A DNA stretch of 64,000 nucleotides from an uncultured virus (IMG/VR IMGVR_UViG_3300043466_001742) (Duplodnaviria > Heunggongvirae > Uroviricota > Caudoviricetes): positions 1 through 64,000 of IMG/VR virus record IMGVR_UViG_3300043466_001742, one strand, 5' to 3'. The notes beneath the pieces are model-generated. The model made no database searches, was not told the DNA's origin, and worked only from the letters and a program-made list of their open reading frames with translations. Shown here in pieces: positions 50,375 to 60,103 of the stretch; the stretch's first letter is position 1; the number at the start of each line of letters is the position of its first letter. Both the position numbers and the translations under genes were made by a program.

Positions 50375-50963
50375 AATAATAAAATACGGAAATTTTTTAG
50401 GTCAAGGTATAAATAAAAATAAAAAACAAATAATACTCCTACATTCTTCTCGTTTGGCCGAAGAATATCTTACAGCCTTAAAATATCGTGGAAATAGAAA
50501 ATACGATAAAATCCCAAATTTTTTTATAGATAAAGAAGGTAAGATTTTGGAGTTATTGAACCAAGAAGAAACATCTAAAATATTTAATAGTAAGTTAATA
50601 GATAAAAACGCAATCACGATTTGTTTAGAAAATTTAGGATGGTTGCAAAAAGAACCATTAAAAAATGGATACATTAACTGGATTGGAAGTATTTATAAAG
50701 GTAAGCCATACGAAAAAAAATGGAGAGATTTTATTTTTTGGGATACTTACACAGAAGAACAAATAAATTCTACAATATTTTTATGTAAAAAATTAATTAC
50801 AGAATTTAATATTGAGAAAAAATTTGTTGGACATAACACCAAAATAAATGGTGCGGAAAAAACAAATGGTATTTTGACTAGAAGTAATTTCTTTTCAGAT
50901 TCCACAGATTTAAACCCATCATTTAATTTTGAATATTTTTTAAAAAAAATTGAAGATGAGTAG
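50367..50963 (+). CDS. N-acetylmuramoyl-L-alanine amidase-like protein (endolysin candidate)
   Basis: IILLHSS, FFIDKEGKILEL, AITICLEN, YTEEQI and VGHN fit an Amidase_2 layout. Confidence 0.65.
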   Translation: MTKIIKYGNFLGQGINKNKKQIILLHSSRLAEEYLTALKYRGNRKYDKIPNFFIDKEGKILELLNQEETSKIFNSKLIDKNAITICLENLGWLQKEPLKNGYINWIGSIYKGKPYEKKWRDFIFWDTYTEEQINSTIFLCKKLITEFNIEKKFVGHNTKINGAEKTNGILTRSNFFSDSTDLNPSFNFEYFLKKIEDE

Positions 50964-51552
50964 ATACGAAGAAATTAAAACATTATTGGAGGCAACAAGA
51001 AAAGCTCTTAAAACCCAAATTTCTGAAAGTGAGTCAAAACAAATTATTAACAATTATAAATTACTTACAGAACAAGAAGATGTTGAAAAAGAAATTGAAG
51101 GGGTAACAAAAGAGTATGAGACAGCCGAAACTGATAATGAGGAAGATGAAGAAAAATCAAATAAGTCAGAAAAAAAGAAAGCTTATAGAATTTCTGGAGG
51201 TATTATGGTAATACATAGTAAAGAAAGTAAGGATTTACAATTGACAACCGAAGATAAAAGAGCTTTTCAAGAAACTATGGATGAATTTGTTGTTGAAGTT
51301 TCTGAACTTGTTGATTTTAACAAACTTAATTTATATGAAAACAATGTTGAGTGGTCTGGAAAAATAACCGAACTTGATGTTGAATTTTTCTATACTATTG
51401 GTGAAAAAAATGGTGTCTATATAAATGGAACAATGACAAAAATTGATGAGGAATACCTTGCTTTTCTTGTTGATTTGAAAAAATATTATGAGAAATTTAA
51501 AACAAAATGGTCCAAAATAATCGCAAGCCGAAAGAAAACCCCAACCGAATGA
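50956..51552 (+). CDS. Hypothetical protein (LLE/LLTEQ N-terminus)
   Basis: Acidic ORF coupled to its neighbours. Confidence 0.65.
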   Translation: MSRYEEIKTLLEATRKALKTQISESESKQIINNYKLLTEQEDVEKEIEGVTKEYETAETDNEEDEEKSNKSEKKKAYRISGGIMVIHSKESKDLQLTTEDKRAFQETMDEFVVEVSELVDFNKLNLYENNVEWSGKITELDVEFFYTIGEKNGVYINGTMTKIDEEYLAFLVDLKKYYEKFKTKWSKIIASRKKTPTE

Positions 51553-51902
51553 AAGATTTTTTTAAACATAATTTCAAATTTATTATTCAGTCAATTGGAA
51601 CTATCCTATTGATTGTTCTTGTAATTAGAGCTTTTACACCAGTGGAAGATAGATCTGAATTGTTAAAATATAAATTAGAACAACTGGATTTAAAAATTAA
51701 CGATTTAAAAAGCCAACAAAAAAAATTGGATAGTTCAATCTTAAACTACAAGAAAGATATTTTAAAAATTGATTCTGCTATTTTCAAAATTAAAAATGAA
51801 AGAAAAACAATAAACAATTATTTCCAGGTTGAAAAAGAATTGATTTTGACCTATGACGCCAGACAAATTGATTCGGCACTTAAAAAAAGATATAACTATT
51901 AA
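51549..51902 (+). CDS. TM + coiled-coil protein (spanin-like candidate)
   Basis: N-terminal TM segment, then heptads. ATGA overlap with the previous gene. Confidence 0.5.
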   Translation: MKDFFKHNFKFIIQSIGTILLIVLVIRAFTPVEDRSELLKYKLEQLDLKINDLKSQQKKLDSSILNYKKDILKIDSAIFKIKNERKTINNYFQVEKELILTYDARQIDSALKKRYNY

Positions 51903-51903
51903 T

Positions 51904-52311
51904 ATGAAATATATTTTAAACATTATTTTTATTTGTCTTACAACATTTTTGTTTTCACAAAAAAATGTTGATTCAACAACCTTGAATATACCAGCTAGAG
52001 TTGGTAAGTCTATTTTACTTGATTTAAATGAGTTTGACCGATTAAAGAAACAAGAGGAAACATATATCAATCAAATTTTTCAGTTGGAGACGAAAATAAC
52101 CAAAAATGATAATATAATTTCAATTCTGGAAGAAAAAGACAGAAAAAATAATCAAATAATATCTCTAACCGATTCAAAGTTTAAACTACTAGATAAGGAA
52201 AATAAAAGTTTAAGAAGTGAGATAAAAAAAATTAAGACAAAACATATAATTATAGATATAGTTGGTGGCTCAATTATAGTTGGATTAACATACGCTTTAG
52301 TTTTTAAATAA
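51904..52311 (+). CDS. Signal peptide + coiled coil + C-terminal TM protein (spanin-like candidate)
   Basis: MKYILNIIFICLTTFLFS|Q looks like a Bacteroidota signal peptide with Gln at +1. The C-terminus is hydrophobic. Confidence 0.5.
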   Translation: MKYILNIIFICLTTFLFSQKNVDSTTLNIPARVGKSILLDLNEFDRLKKQEETYINQIFQLETKITKNDNIISILEEKDRKNNQIISLTDSKFKLLDKENKSLRSEIKKIKTKHIIIDIVGGSIIVGLTYALVFK

Positions 52312-52312
52312 A

Positions 52313-52993
52313 ATGGAAGACCCAATAAAACCAAAATTACAACAAATGGTTTCTAGTTTAACAGCTGGAAATCAAGAAGCTAGAACAAAAGCACTTAAAA
52401 GTTTAAGTGAGGAGGATACACATAAAAATCCGGAAGAATATCTTAATGACCCAAAAAATATGGGAGATATTTTAAAATTGGTTAAAAATAAAAAATTATC
52501 AGGAACTAGAATAAAACAAAAAATTAAAGAATTTCTTAAAAACCCAGAAGAACTAAGAGAATTTTTAACTTCAATTCTGGAAAAAATAAATAGAAGAAAA
52601 GAAAATAAAGAATCAACCGGTGCATCTTCAGCTGGAGCATATTCCGGACCTTTGTTTTCTGGTGAAGAACCAAAGAAAGTTGAAGCAAAGGAAGCAACCT
52701 CATCATCATCGTCTGGTTCTTATGAAACTCCGGCCGCTTGGGCTAAATCAACAAGTAAAAAAGATTGGAGAGGAAAGTCTAAAACACAAATTCCGGGTGG
52801 TAAGTTCGTCCAGGTTAAAAAAAAATGTAAGAAATTTCCTTATTGTAATCAAGGTGATATTAAAGCCCTTAAAATATTTGAAAACGATACTATTAAAAAA
52901 GTAATAAGTAATCTTTCAGAAAAAATGGATATTCACGAAGATTTCATAAAAGAAATAATTTACAAAGAAATTGTAAAAAGAAAGAATAAATGA
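52313..52993 (+). CDS. Hypothetical protein, putative head protein
   Basis: Duplicated KESTGASSAGAY / KEATSSSSSGSY motifs and CKKFPYC. Confidence 0.6.
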   Translation: MEDPIKPKLQQMVSSLTAGNQEARTKALKSLSEEDTHKNPEEYLNDPKNMGDILKLVKNKKLSGTRIKQKIKEFLKNPEELREFLTSILEKINRRKENKESTGASSAGAYSGPLFSGEEPKKVEAKEATSSSSSGSYETPAAWAKSTSKKDWRGKSKTQIPGGKFVQVKKKCKKFPYCNQGDIKALKIFENDTIKKVISNLSEKMDIHEDFIKEIIYKEIVKRKNK

Positions 52994-53015
52994 TATTTAT
53001 AATAAAAAAGTAAAG

Positions 53016-54305
53016 ATGAAAAATTTAATTGCAAAAATAACTAACAAAATATTAAACGAGACTCTTGAAGATAAAACAAATGATATTATGGAAAAATTGA
53101 AATTCAATAAGCCAGGTGAATCATTTGATTATGTTGAGGAAGGTGAAACTTGTGAGCAATGTGGTGGTGAAATGAAAGAAGGTGAAACTTGTGAGCAATG
53201 TGGTGGTGAAATGAAAGAAGGTGAATGTTCAGAATGTGGAATGAAAGAAGGTGAAGTTCTTGAAAAATTACACGGAAATCAAAAGAAATTAGATAAAGCA
53301 AAACCATTTGGTAAATTAACAAAAGCCGATTTTGATAAATTAAGAAAAGAAGGTGATGATGTTATTTACGAATTAGAATTAGATGAAGAAATGGATGAAA
53401 GTAGTGAATTCACTTATGCCGCAAAAATGGCAAAAAAAGAAGGTAAGAAAAATTTTGAACTAGATGGTAAAAAATTCCCAGTAAAAGAATCTGTATTGTA
53501 TAATTTGGAGATTGATGGTGAAGAAACTATTTTGTCTGAGTCTGAATTGGATCAGTTAATTATTAGTATCGTTGAAAAAGAACAAAAAAATAACGAATCT
53601 TCAGAGGTTAAATACCAATTAGAAGTGGGGGGAAAAGGATTTATTGTAAGTGAGGAAAAACTTTTAGATATTATTGAAAAAGCTGTTTTAAAAGAACAAA
53701 ACAATATTAGTAAAGGTAAAACACCAAAAGGTCTTGGTGAGTATGAAAGAGCTGTGAAAAAATCCAAAAAAGAAAACGATGATTACTTAAAATCAGTTAA
53801 AAAGAAAATGGGTGATTATTTAAAAGATGGGTCAAAAGGTGAGTATGATATGGACCCTAAATTTTTTCCAAAAGGAAACGGACAACTGGAAAAAATGACA
53901 GCTAAAAAATATACAATGTCTGATGATGGTAAAGACTTCTTGGATGACTATATGAGACCAGGAATGGAAAATTTGGTTCCGGATGAGATTGAATATGACG
54001 AAAAATGGGTAAAAGATAATATTGAAGGTTCATCAAGAACTGGAAATAACCCAGAGTGGGCAAATGCTGAAGAAACTGATCTTGGTAAAAAATTGAGTAA
54101 GAAAATGAAAGATAAAAAATACCATAAAGCTAAATTGGCGGCTTATAGAAAATCAAAACAACCTATAAGTGATGGAACTGGTGAAAATTCTGGAGAAGGA
54201 CTTAATATAAAACTTGAATCTGATTTAGATAAAAAAAGAGATCTTGTCCTAGAAGAGTTTTCAAAAATTCAAAAACTTATTAACTACGATAGAGCGACAC
54301 AATAA
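53016..54305 (+). CDS. Acidic putative head/scaffold protein with CxxC repeats
   Basis: EGETCEQCGGEMK repeats, many (L/I)xE motifs, and TATTTAT upstream. Confidence 0.6.
   Translation: MKNLIAKITNKILNETLEDKTNDIMEKLKFNKPGESFDYVEEGETCEQCGGEMKEGETCEQCGGEMKEGECSECGMKEGEVLEKLHGNQKKLDKAKPFGKLTKADFDKLRKEGDDVIYELELDEEMDESSEFTYAAKMAKKEGKKNFELDGKKFPVKESVLYNLEIDGEETILSESELDQLIISIVEKEQKNNESSEVKYQLEVGGKGFIVSEEKLLDIIEKAVLKEQNNISKGKTPKGLGEYERAVKKSKKENDDYLKSVKKKMGDYLKDGSKGEYDMDPKFFPKGNGQLEKMTAKKYTMSDDGKDFLDDYMRPGMENLVPDEIEYDEKWVKDNIEGSSRTGNNPEWANAEETDLGKKLSKKMKDKKYHKAKLAAYRKSKQPISDGTGENSGEGLNIKLESDLDKKRDLVLEEFSKIQKLINYDRATQ
53138..53255 (+). repeat. 39-bp tandem repeat encoding EGETCEQCGGEMK
   Basis: Two exact copies plus a degenerate third. 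Confidence 0.85.
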
Positions 54306-54356
54306 TTTACTTATAATTTAACTATGATATTATTCTCCATAGACACTTAATAGTTT

Positions 54357-54833
54357 ATGGAGAATAATTTTTTTAACTATATTACAAAACAAGTAGAAAA
54401 AGAGGATGTTGATATTTGGATGAAAATGAATAATATCTATCCAGAAAAAATGGAGTTATACTATGACTTTTGTAATTCATTATACCTTAAAGTAACATCA
54501 ACATACCTTGGTTTTGAAGGTAAAGACGAAACCAATACAATAATGTCAGAAGAAGATAATATAAATCATTTCAACTGGTGTTGGGACCAATTATTGGAAG
54601 ATTTCAAAAAAGAAAACATAAGTTTTGAACCGGATGGTGATCATTATGATTATTTCATAACATTTTTTGATGAAATATTTTACAAACAAAAAGAAAAAAA
54701 AATAAGAGAATCAATAGATAAGTTTTTTAGAGATGTTTTTGATTTAGAACAATCATTTACACAATCTGATTTAGACCTTATATTGACGATATATAAGAAC
54801 CTTGATAAAAATATGACCGTTAATATTTACTAA
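54357..54833 (+). CDS. Hypothetical protein
   Basis: 158-aa ORF. Confidence 0.65.
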   Translation: MENNFFNYITKQVEKEDVDIWMKMNNIYPEKMELYYDFCNSLYLKVTSTYLGFEGKDETNTIMSEEDNINHFNWCWDQLLEDFKKENISFEPDGDHYDYFITFFDEIFYKQKEKKIRESIDKFFRDVFDLEQSFTQSDLDLILTIYKNLDKNMTVNIY

Positions 54834-54884
54834 AGGCGAATCATACCATATCTTATAGTTTAATAAACAAATAAAAATTTAAAA

Positions 54885-55061
54885 ATGGAAACTTTAGAAA
54901 AAATTAAAACATTGGTTGAGACAATATCAGCAGAATCAACAAAGTTTTTTGAAAAAGGAAACAAATCTGCCGGAACAAGAGCAAGAACCTCAGCACAAGA
55001 ATTACGAGAATTGTTAAAAACATTTAGAGCTGAAATATTAGAAGCTAAAAAAAATGACTAA
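54885..55061 (+). CDS. Histone H1-like (Hc1-family) protein, 58 aa
   Basis: KFFEKGNKSAGTRARTSAQEL matches the Hc1-like GNK(A/S)AGTRAR motif. Not in the ORF track. Confidence 0.75.
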   Translation: METLEKIKTLVETISAESTKFFEKGNKSAGTRARTSAQELRELLKTFRAEILEAKKND

Positions 55062-55242
55062 TATAAATACAATATTTCTTTTTCTATTTATATTTTCTTT
55101 GATTGGAGTAATACGACTTTGTTTTAAAACAATAATTTTATTATTACAAAACACTCCACAAAAGTTAAATTTACAAAAGAATGAATTGTTTTTTTATGGG
55201 ATTTTGATTTCATATATAATAACCTACATTATACAAAAATAA
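55054..55242 (+). CDS. Small two-TM membrane protein
   Basis: Two hydrophobic segments. Confidence 0.6.
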   Translation: MTNINTIFLFLFIFSLIGVIRLCFKTIILLLQNTPQKLNLQKNELFFYGILISYIITYIIQK

Positions 55243-55243
55243 G

Positions 55244-55687
55244 ATGAGTATTTACAAAGAATTTAGTGATTTTTATCCTTATATCCAGTCAATCAGAAAA
55301 TTAAAAAATTATTTGAGTTTTGATATGAATTTTCCAAAAGAATGGAAATTACCAAAAAAGTTTGTTCCAGAAAATAGTGTTGTTGAAAATGAATCACAAG
55401 ATCCAAATAAAAGGTTAATCTCTTTTGTTTCAGAATTTGAAGAGGAAAAAATCAATACGATTGCCACAAACATCAAAAATGTTATTAAATACAATAAGGA
55501 ACTTGAAGAAAAAGAAAGGTTATTCAATTTGAAAGTCAAAGAACTTAAAAATATATTTGAAAAACAAAATTTAACAACACTCAAAGATTTGAAGTTTGAT
55601 CTTGAAGATAAATTTAAATTGATAGATGATGAGCAGGATAATGACAGACAAGGAGAAGAATCTCCAATGGTTGAAGAACGAGATTGA
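55244..55687 (+). CDS. Hypothetical protein
   Basis: 147-aa ORF within the operon. Confidence 0.65.
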   Translation: MSIYKEFSDFYPYIQSIRKLKNYLSFDMNFPKEWKLPKKFVPENSVVENESQDPNKRLISFVSEFEEEKINTIATNIKNVIKYNKELEEKERLFNLKVKELKNIFEKQNLTTLKDLKFDLEDKFKLIDDEQDNDRQGEESPMVEERD

Positions 55688-55829
55688 AGCTGACGAAAAA
55701 GAACTTCATAGGGAAAAAATGGAGTTCATATCACAAATTAAAAACCTAAAAAAAGAAGAGATAATCCCAACTGAAAAAGAAAAAATGTCCTTATGGCAAA
55801 GAATGAAGAAAGTATTGTTGGGGATTTAG
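55641..55829 (+). CDS. Small hypothetical protein
   Basis: MTDKEKNLQWLKNEIE..., overlapping both neighbours. Confidence 0.55.
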   Translation: MTDKEKNLQWLKNEIEADEKELHREKMEFISQIKNLKKEEIIPTEKEKMSLWQRMKKVLLGI

Positions 55830-56110
55830 AAAAATTAGCACTAATTACCGATGGAATGCAAAACATTTTTCCAGATGGTGTTGGTGCTATTGTTTTTGAA
55901 TTAAGACCACACGATTTTTATAGAGTTAAAAATTATTTTAAACAATTAAAAACTGATGGAAGTAGGTTTAAAATTGATATATCGGGTGTTGAGGTAATTT
56001 TTATTCTTGAAGGGACTATTGAAGAAAAAATAGAAGATGAACCTATTATTGAAAAAAAATCGTTCTGGTCTCAAATTTTAACAAAATTTAATCGTAAAAG
56101 TAAGTCGTAG
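55793..56110 (+). CDS. Hypothetical protein
   Basis: 105-aa ORF. Confidence 0.6.
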   Translation: MAKNEESIVGDLEKLALITDGMQNIFPDGVGAIVFELRPHDFYRVKNYFKQLKTDGSRFKIDISGVEVIFILEGTIEEKIEDEPIIEKKSFWSQILTKFNRKSKS

Positions 56111-56720
56111 AGTTTCTATAAAGGGTTGATTTTGAAAAACCCTTCTGCTCCAGTGTTGAGTATAAATATCTTTTTTGATCCTTAGTTGTTTCTGGAACCA
56201 CAATACAATCACTCCTCCTATTTTTATATAAAACATCAGAAAGTATATTTAAAAATCTGTTAGATTCTGGTTCACACTTTAATGAAAATAAGTTATAATT
56301 ATCGTCTTCCTGAACAACAATTTTATTATTTAGACTTGATATGAATTTTAATCCACCACCTTTGAGGTATTGATTGTAGAATTTTTTAAAACTTATTTTT
56401 TTATTTGATTGAAGATCAAAAAGAAATTCCTCAACCTTATAGTCAGAAACTTTTGATAATTTATAATCTGGATCATCAAGTTCTATTTTTAATTGTCTTC
56501 CCAGACTATCTTTTTTATAAAAAATTGTAAAATCGTTAGAATCCTTTTCAAGCAACCCAACCTCAAAAAAAACACTTTTACCGTTTTCGACTCTTTTATC
56601 AAAAATAACATCATTGTTTGTTAGACCGGTAAAATATGAATTGGCTCGTTTAAATGTTTTAAATTTCTTTAAAATCTTTTTTCTTTCTTTATTTTTGAAT
56701 AAAACTATTAGATATTTCAT
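56088..56720 (-). CDS. Hypothetical protein
   Basis: 210-aa ORF, divergent from dnaJ. Confidence 0.65.
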   Translation of the reverse strand: MKYLIVLFKNKERKKILKKFKTFKRANSYFTGLTNNDVIFDKRVENGKSVFFEVGLLEKDSNDFTIFYKKDSLGRQLKIELDDPDYKLSKVSDYKVEEFLFDLQSNKKISFKKFYNQYLKGGGLKFISSLNNKIVVQEDDNYNLFSLKCEPESNRFLNILSDVLYKNRRSDCIVVPETTKDQKRYLYSTLEQKGFSKSTLYRNSTTYFYD

Positions 56721-56765
56721 AAAAATATTCCTATAATTAAAAAGTATATTAAAAACATTAGATAA

Positions 56766-57707
56766 ATGAATGGTGAAACATATTACGACATTTTAGGTGT
56801 TGCTGAAACCGCGACACAAGACGACATAAAAAAAGCATATAGAAAACTTGCAAAAGAAAATCATCCAGATAAAGGTGGAAATGAGGATGTTTTTAAAAAG
56901 ATTTCTGCGGCCTATGATACTATTGGTGATGAACAAAAAAGACAACAATATGATATGGAAAGAAAGAATCCATTTGCCGGTATGGGTGGTGGTTTCGGTT
57001 CTTCAATGAGTGACTTATTTAATAGTGTTTTTGGTGCTGGAAGACAACAAAGACAACAACCAAGAACTCACACAACAAATCTTACAATATCTATTGGTGC
57101 TGTAGAATCTTTTTTGGGTAAAACTAAAACAATCACATATCAAAGAAAAACAGTGTGTGAACCTTGTAACGGTAGTGGGGGTGATAGTCAAACTTGTTCA
57201 ACCTGCCACGGACAAGGTCAGGTCGTAAGACAAGTCGGATCAAATATGTTTATACAAATGGTTCAAATGCAATGTCCAACCTGTATGGGTTCTGGAAAAA
57301 TAATGATAAACGCTTGCCATTCCTGTGGTGGTCAAGGAACAAAAGATGAAATTAAAAATGTTGATATTAAATTACCACATGGGGCTGATGACGGTCAGTT
57401 TTTAAGATTACAAGGACAAGGTGATTTTAGAAACGGAATTTTTGGTGATTTAATTTTGAGAATACAAGTGGATAAAGAAAATAACTTTGAAAAATTCGGA
57501 AACCATTTAGTTTATAATTGTTATTTTACACTTAAAGATCTGGAAAAGGATAGTTTTGAAATCCCACATCCGGACGGATCAATGACAATCAAGTTTCCAA
57601 AGAATATTGACACATCAAAACCTTTAAGAGTTAAAGGAAAGGGATTTAGAATTGAAAATGGGGGTGATTTAATGATAAATCAATTTTTGAGATACGAAAG
57701 AAATTAG
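56766..57707 (+). CDS. dnaJ: DnaJ/Hsp40 co-chaperone
   Basis: J-domain with HPD, a G/F region, four CxxCxGxG repeats and a C-terminal domain. Confidence 0.93.
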   Translation: MNGETYYDILGVAETATQDDIKKAYRKLAKENHPDKGGNEDVFKKISAAYDTIGDEQKRQQYDMERKNPFAGMGGGFGSSMSDLFNSVFGAGRQQRQQPRTHTTNLTISIGAVESFLGKTKTITYQRKTVCEPCNGSGGDSQTCSTCHGQGQVVRQVGSNMFIQMVQMQCPTCMGSGKIMINACHSCGGQGTKDEIKNVDIKLPHGADDGQFLRLQGQGDFRNGIFGDLILRIQVDKENNFEKFGNHLVYNCYFTLKDLEKDSFEIPHPDGSMTIKFPKNIDTSKPLRVKGKGFRIENGGDLMINQFLRYERN

Positions 57708-57865
57708 AAAAAAGACATAATATCTTTTACTAACGCTATTCCACCATATATTGATAAAACAAACATTACAATACCAAAACCAATTAAAAAATTTTGTGTT
57801 CTTTTAACACCCTTGTCAGTTTTACAAGATTGACACCCTACTTTTGTTGCTTCTTTATTTTCCAT
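57704..57865 (-). CDS. Small membrane protein with CxxC (53 aa)
   Basis: MENKEATKVGCQSCK... followed by a TM segment. Not in the ORF track. Confidence 0.55.
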   Translation of the reverse strand: MENKEATKVGCQSCKTDKGVKRTQNFLIGFGIVMFVLSIYGGIALVKDIMSFF

Positions 57866-57868
57866 ATT

Positions 57869-58021
57869 TTAATTATAATAAATAATTATATCACCTCTTA
57901 CGATTTTAGTAAAGTAATTAAAACTTAATTCTTCTCTAATTAAAATGTCTTCATTTTTTGTGACAATAATTTCTTCAACACCAGCTCTTCCACTTTTATA
58001 TAACTCCACCGAAAAACTCAT
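57869..58021 (-). CDS. 50-aa ORF or gene remnant similar to the C-terminus of 48823..49314
   Basis: IIVTKNEDILIREELSFNYFTKIVRGDIIIYY aligns with IIIKSDGDLVVEEFVNLKSFTKFVKGNIIVHY. Confidence 0.5.
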   Translation of the reverse strand: MSFSVELYKSGRAGVEEIIVTKNEDILIREELSFNYFTKIVRGDIIIYYN

Positions 58022-58144
58022 AAATCTTTAGTTTTTAGGTAGTTCACATTTATCAAATAAATAATTAATTTTTTTTAAATTGACATATAAATAATAAATA
58101 GTTATTTTTTTACTTGGTTATAATATTTATAGTAAAAACAAATT

Positions 58145-60100
58145 ATGGAATTAATCAACCTATTATCAAAAGTAGTTAAGGAGAACGCTAACACTAAAAA
58201 AATTCTATTGGAATACCCAGAATCCACAATTAAAAAGTTAGTAGATAAATTTTCTAAAGAGACTCAAGATTCTGAAGAAATGATAAGAAAAAATATTGCC
58301 GACTTTGAAAGATTTAAAAGTGCGTTTGCAAATGAGGACAAAGACATTTTTAAACATACATACGAAAAACTTAAAAAACTTATTGAAGATAAGGCAACAA
58401 AACAAAAAAGTAAAAAGAATCTTGAAGATATGGTTCAAGACTATATCCAAAAATATAAAGGAACCGATTTACAATTAGCAAAAACAAATATCAAGAAGTT
58501 TTTTGAAATTAAAACACAATTACCACAATTAAAAGAATTTAAGAAAGAAGTTACAACTTATACTCCGGCAGAATTAAATTCTTTGGTTGAAAGATACTTT
58601 TCAAAATTTAATAACCAAGGTGTCAATGAACTTATTGTTGCTATCGCACAAAAATTCCACGATCAATTACCGGAAGAAGATGTTATGACAGTAATTTTAC
58701 CGAGAGCAAAAAGATTTGTAAAACACTACAACTTATTTCCAATCAATATGAAGTTAAGTGCGTTTATGACATTTGATGAATTTGAACATGCTGTTGATGG
58801 TTATACACCAATGGAAGAAAGTGAGTATGATGTTCCTGAAGTTGACACAAGCGATGTTGATATTGCATATGAGGATGATAATGTATTAATCTTTGCACCA
58901 GATCAAAAACATAAATGTATTAACATTAGAAAGAAATTTGCACCAGATAGAAGATGGTGTACATCTTGGGAGGGTGCTTCAAATTACTATTACAATTATA
59001 GATTAAACCAAAATCTTACACTTTATTATATCATCAACAAAAATTTACCAGAATCAGATTTAAATTACGCTTCAGTTATTCTTGTTGATAAGTGGGGTGA
59101 AAAGAGGTTAGCTGATGGTTCTAATTCTGGAAGATATGCCGGATCCACTGTTATTCCTTGGAGTGAGATTTTAAGTAAAATTCCGGTTCTTAAAGATAAA
59201 GAAAAATATTTGGAAGGAAAACCATTTACTGATGAGGATCAAGCTAAAATGCAAAAATATAAGTCTTATAATTTAAAAACTACAGATCCTATAACTGAAC
59301 TTGGTGGTTACCAAGAAGTTGAAATGTGGTTAGAATTAAGAAGTCCAGATTTAAAATCAACACAAAATGGGGATGAAATATTTAAGAATCTTCCAGAAGA
59401 AATGCAAAAGAAATACATTGGACTTGGAAATGAGTTAAGTGCTGGAATGGTTAGAGTCCTTACACCAAGTGCTATGTCATATTATGTGTCAAAGAAAAAA
59501 GAAAAATTGCTTACAAAATCCTTGAAAGATTTAAGTGAAAATGATATGGAAGTTATTATGAGTAGAGAAATGAGACCATATTTAAAAAGTTTGAAAGCAA
59601 AATACAAAAAAGAAATTGAAAATTTTAACACAGGGTTTATTCAAATCATTTATCCAAGTGACCCAAATGCGAAATATGCCAGAATGTTTGGATTTAGAGA
59701 AGTTTTTGATTTAATACCGGAAAATACAACAATGCTTACAATAGAAAATAAATCAAAGGATGAGATTTATATTGAACTCCCTGAAACGATTGGTAGGCTT
59801 AAAAATTTATATACACTTTCTGTTACTAATATTGTTAAATCAATTCCTGAAGAAATTGGTGAATGTAAAGAATTATCTTTCTTGAATATAACAAATTGTC
59901 GTGAATTAAAAACACTACCTGTGACACTACTTAATTGTCCTTGTTTGACCTTTATATCAAAAAGAAATTCTGGTTTGGATATTAAGAATGTGCCAGAAGA
60001 ATTGGCACAATATTTAATTGTTGGTGATGAGTTGTGGTCACCAAACTTCCCAGATTATATTACCGATCAATGTGTTAGTGAAGGACCAACTGATTTTTAA
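58145..60100 (+). CDS. Protein with a central WCTS motif and C-terminal leucine-rich repeats
   Basis: LPETIGRLKNLYTLSV / IPEEIGECKELSFLNI / LPVTLLNCPCLTFI. Confidence 0.75.
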   Translation: MELINLLSKVVKENANTKKILLEYPESTIKKLVDKFSKETQDSEEMIRKNIADFERFKSAFANEDKDIFKHTYEKLKKLIEDKATKQKSKKNLEDMVQDYIQKYKGTDLQLAKTNIKKFFEIKTQLPQLKEFKKEVTTYTPAELNSLVERYFSKFNNQGVNELIVAIAQKFHDQLPEEDVMTVILPRAKRFVKHYNLFPINMKLSAFMTFDEFEHAVDGYTPMEESEYDVPEVDTSDVDIAYEDDNVLIFAPDQKHKCINIRKKFAPDRRWCTSWEGASNYYYNYRLNQNLTLYYIINKNLPESDLNYASVILVDKWGEKRLADGSNSGRYAGSTVIPWSEILSKIPVLKDKEKYLEGKPFTDEDQAKMQKYKSYNLKTTDPITELGGYQEVEMWLELRSPDLKSTQNGDEIFKNLPEEMQKKYIGLGNELSAGMVRVLTPSAMSYYVSKKKEKLLTKSLKDLSENDMEVIMSREMRPYLKSLKAKYKKEIENFNTGFIQIIYPSDPNAKYARMFGFREVFDLIPENTTMLTIENKSKDEIYIELPETIGRLKNLYTLSVTNIVKSIPEEIGECKELSFLNITNCRELKTLPVTLLNCPCLTFISKRNSGLDIKNVPEELAQYLIVGDELWSPNFPDYITDQCVSEGPTDF

Positions 60101-60103
60101 TTT

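Noticed and set aside
50120..53255. CRISPR array at the tandem repeats
   Set aside because: The repeats are contiguous, lack unique spacers and are intragenic. No cas operon is present.
522..58478. Many short antisense or alternate-frame ORFs in the track (e.g. 522..926, 9063..9509, 25464..25871)
   Set aside because: They are shadows of well-supported genes and carry no recognisable motifs.
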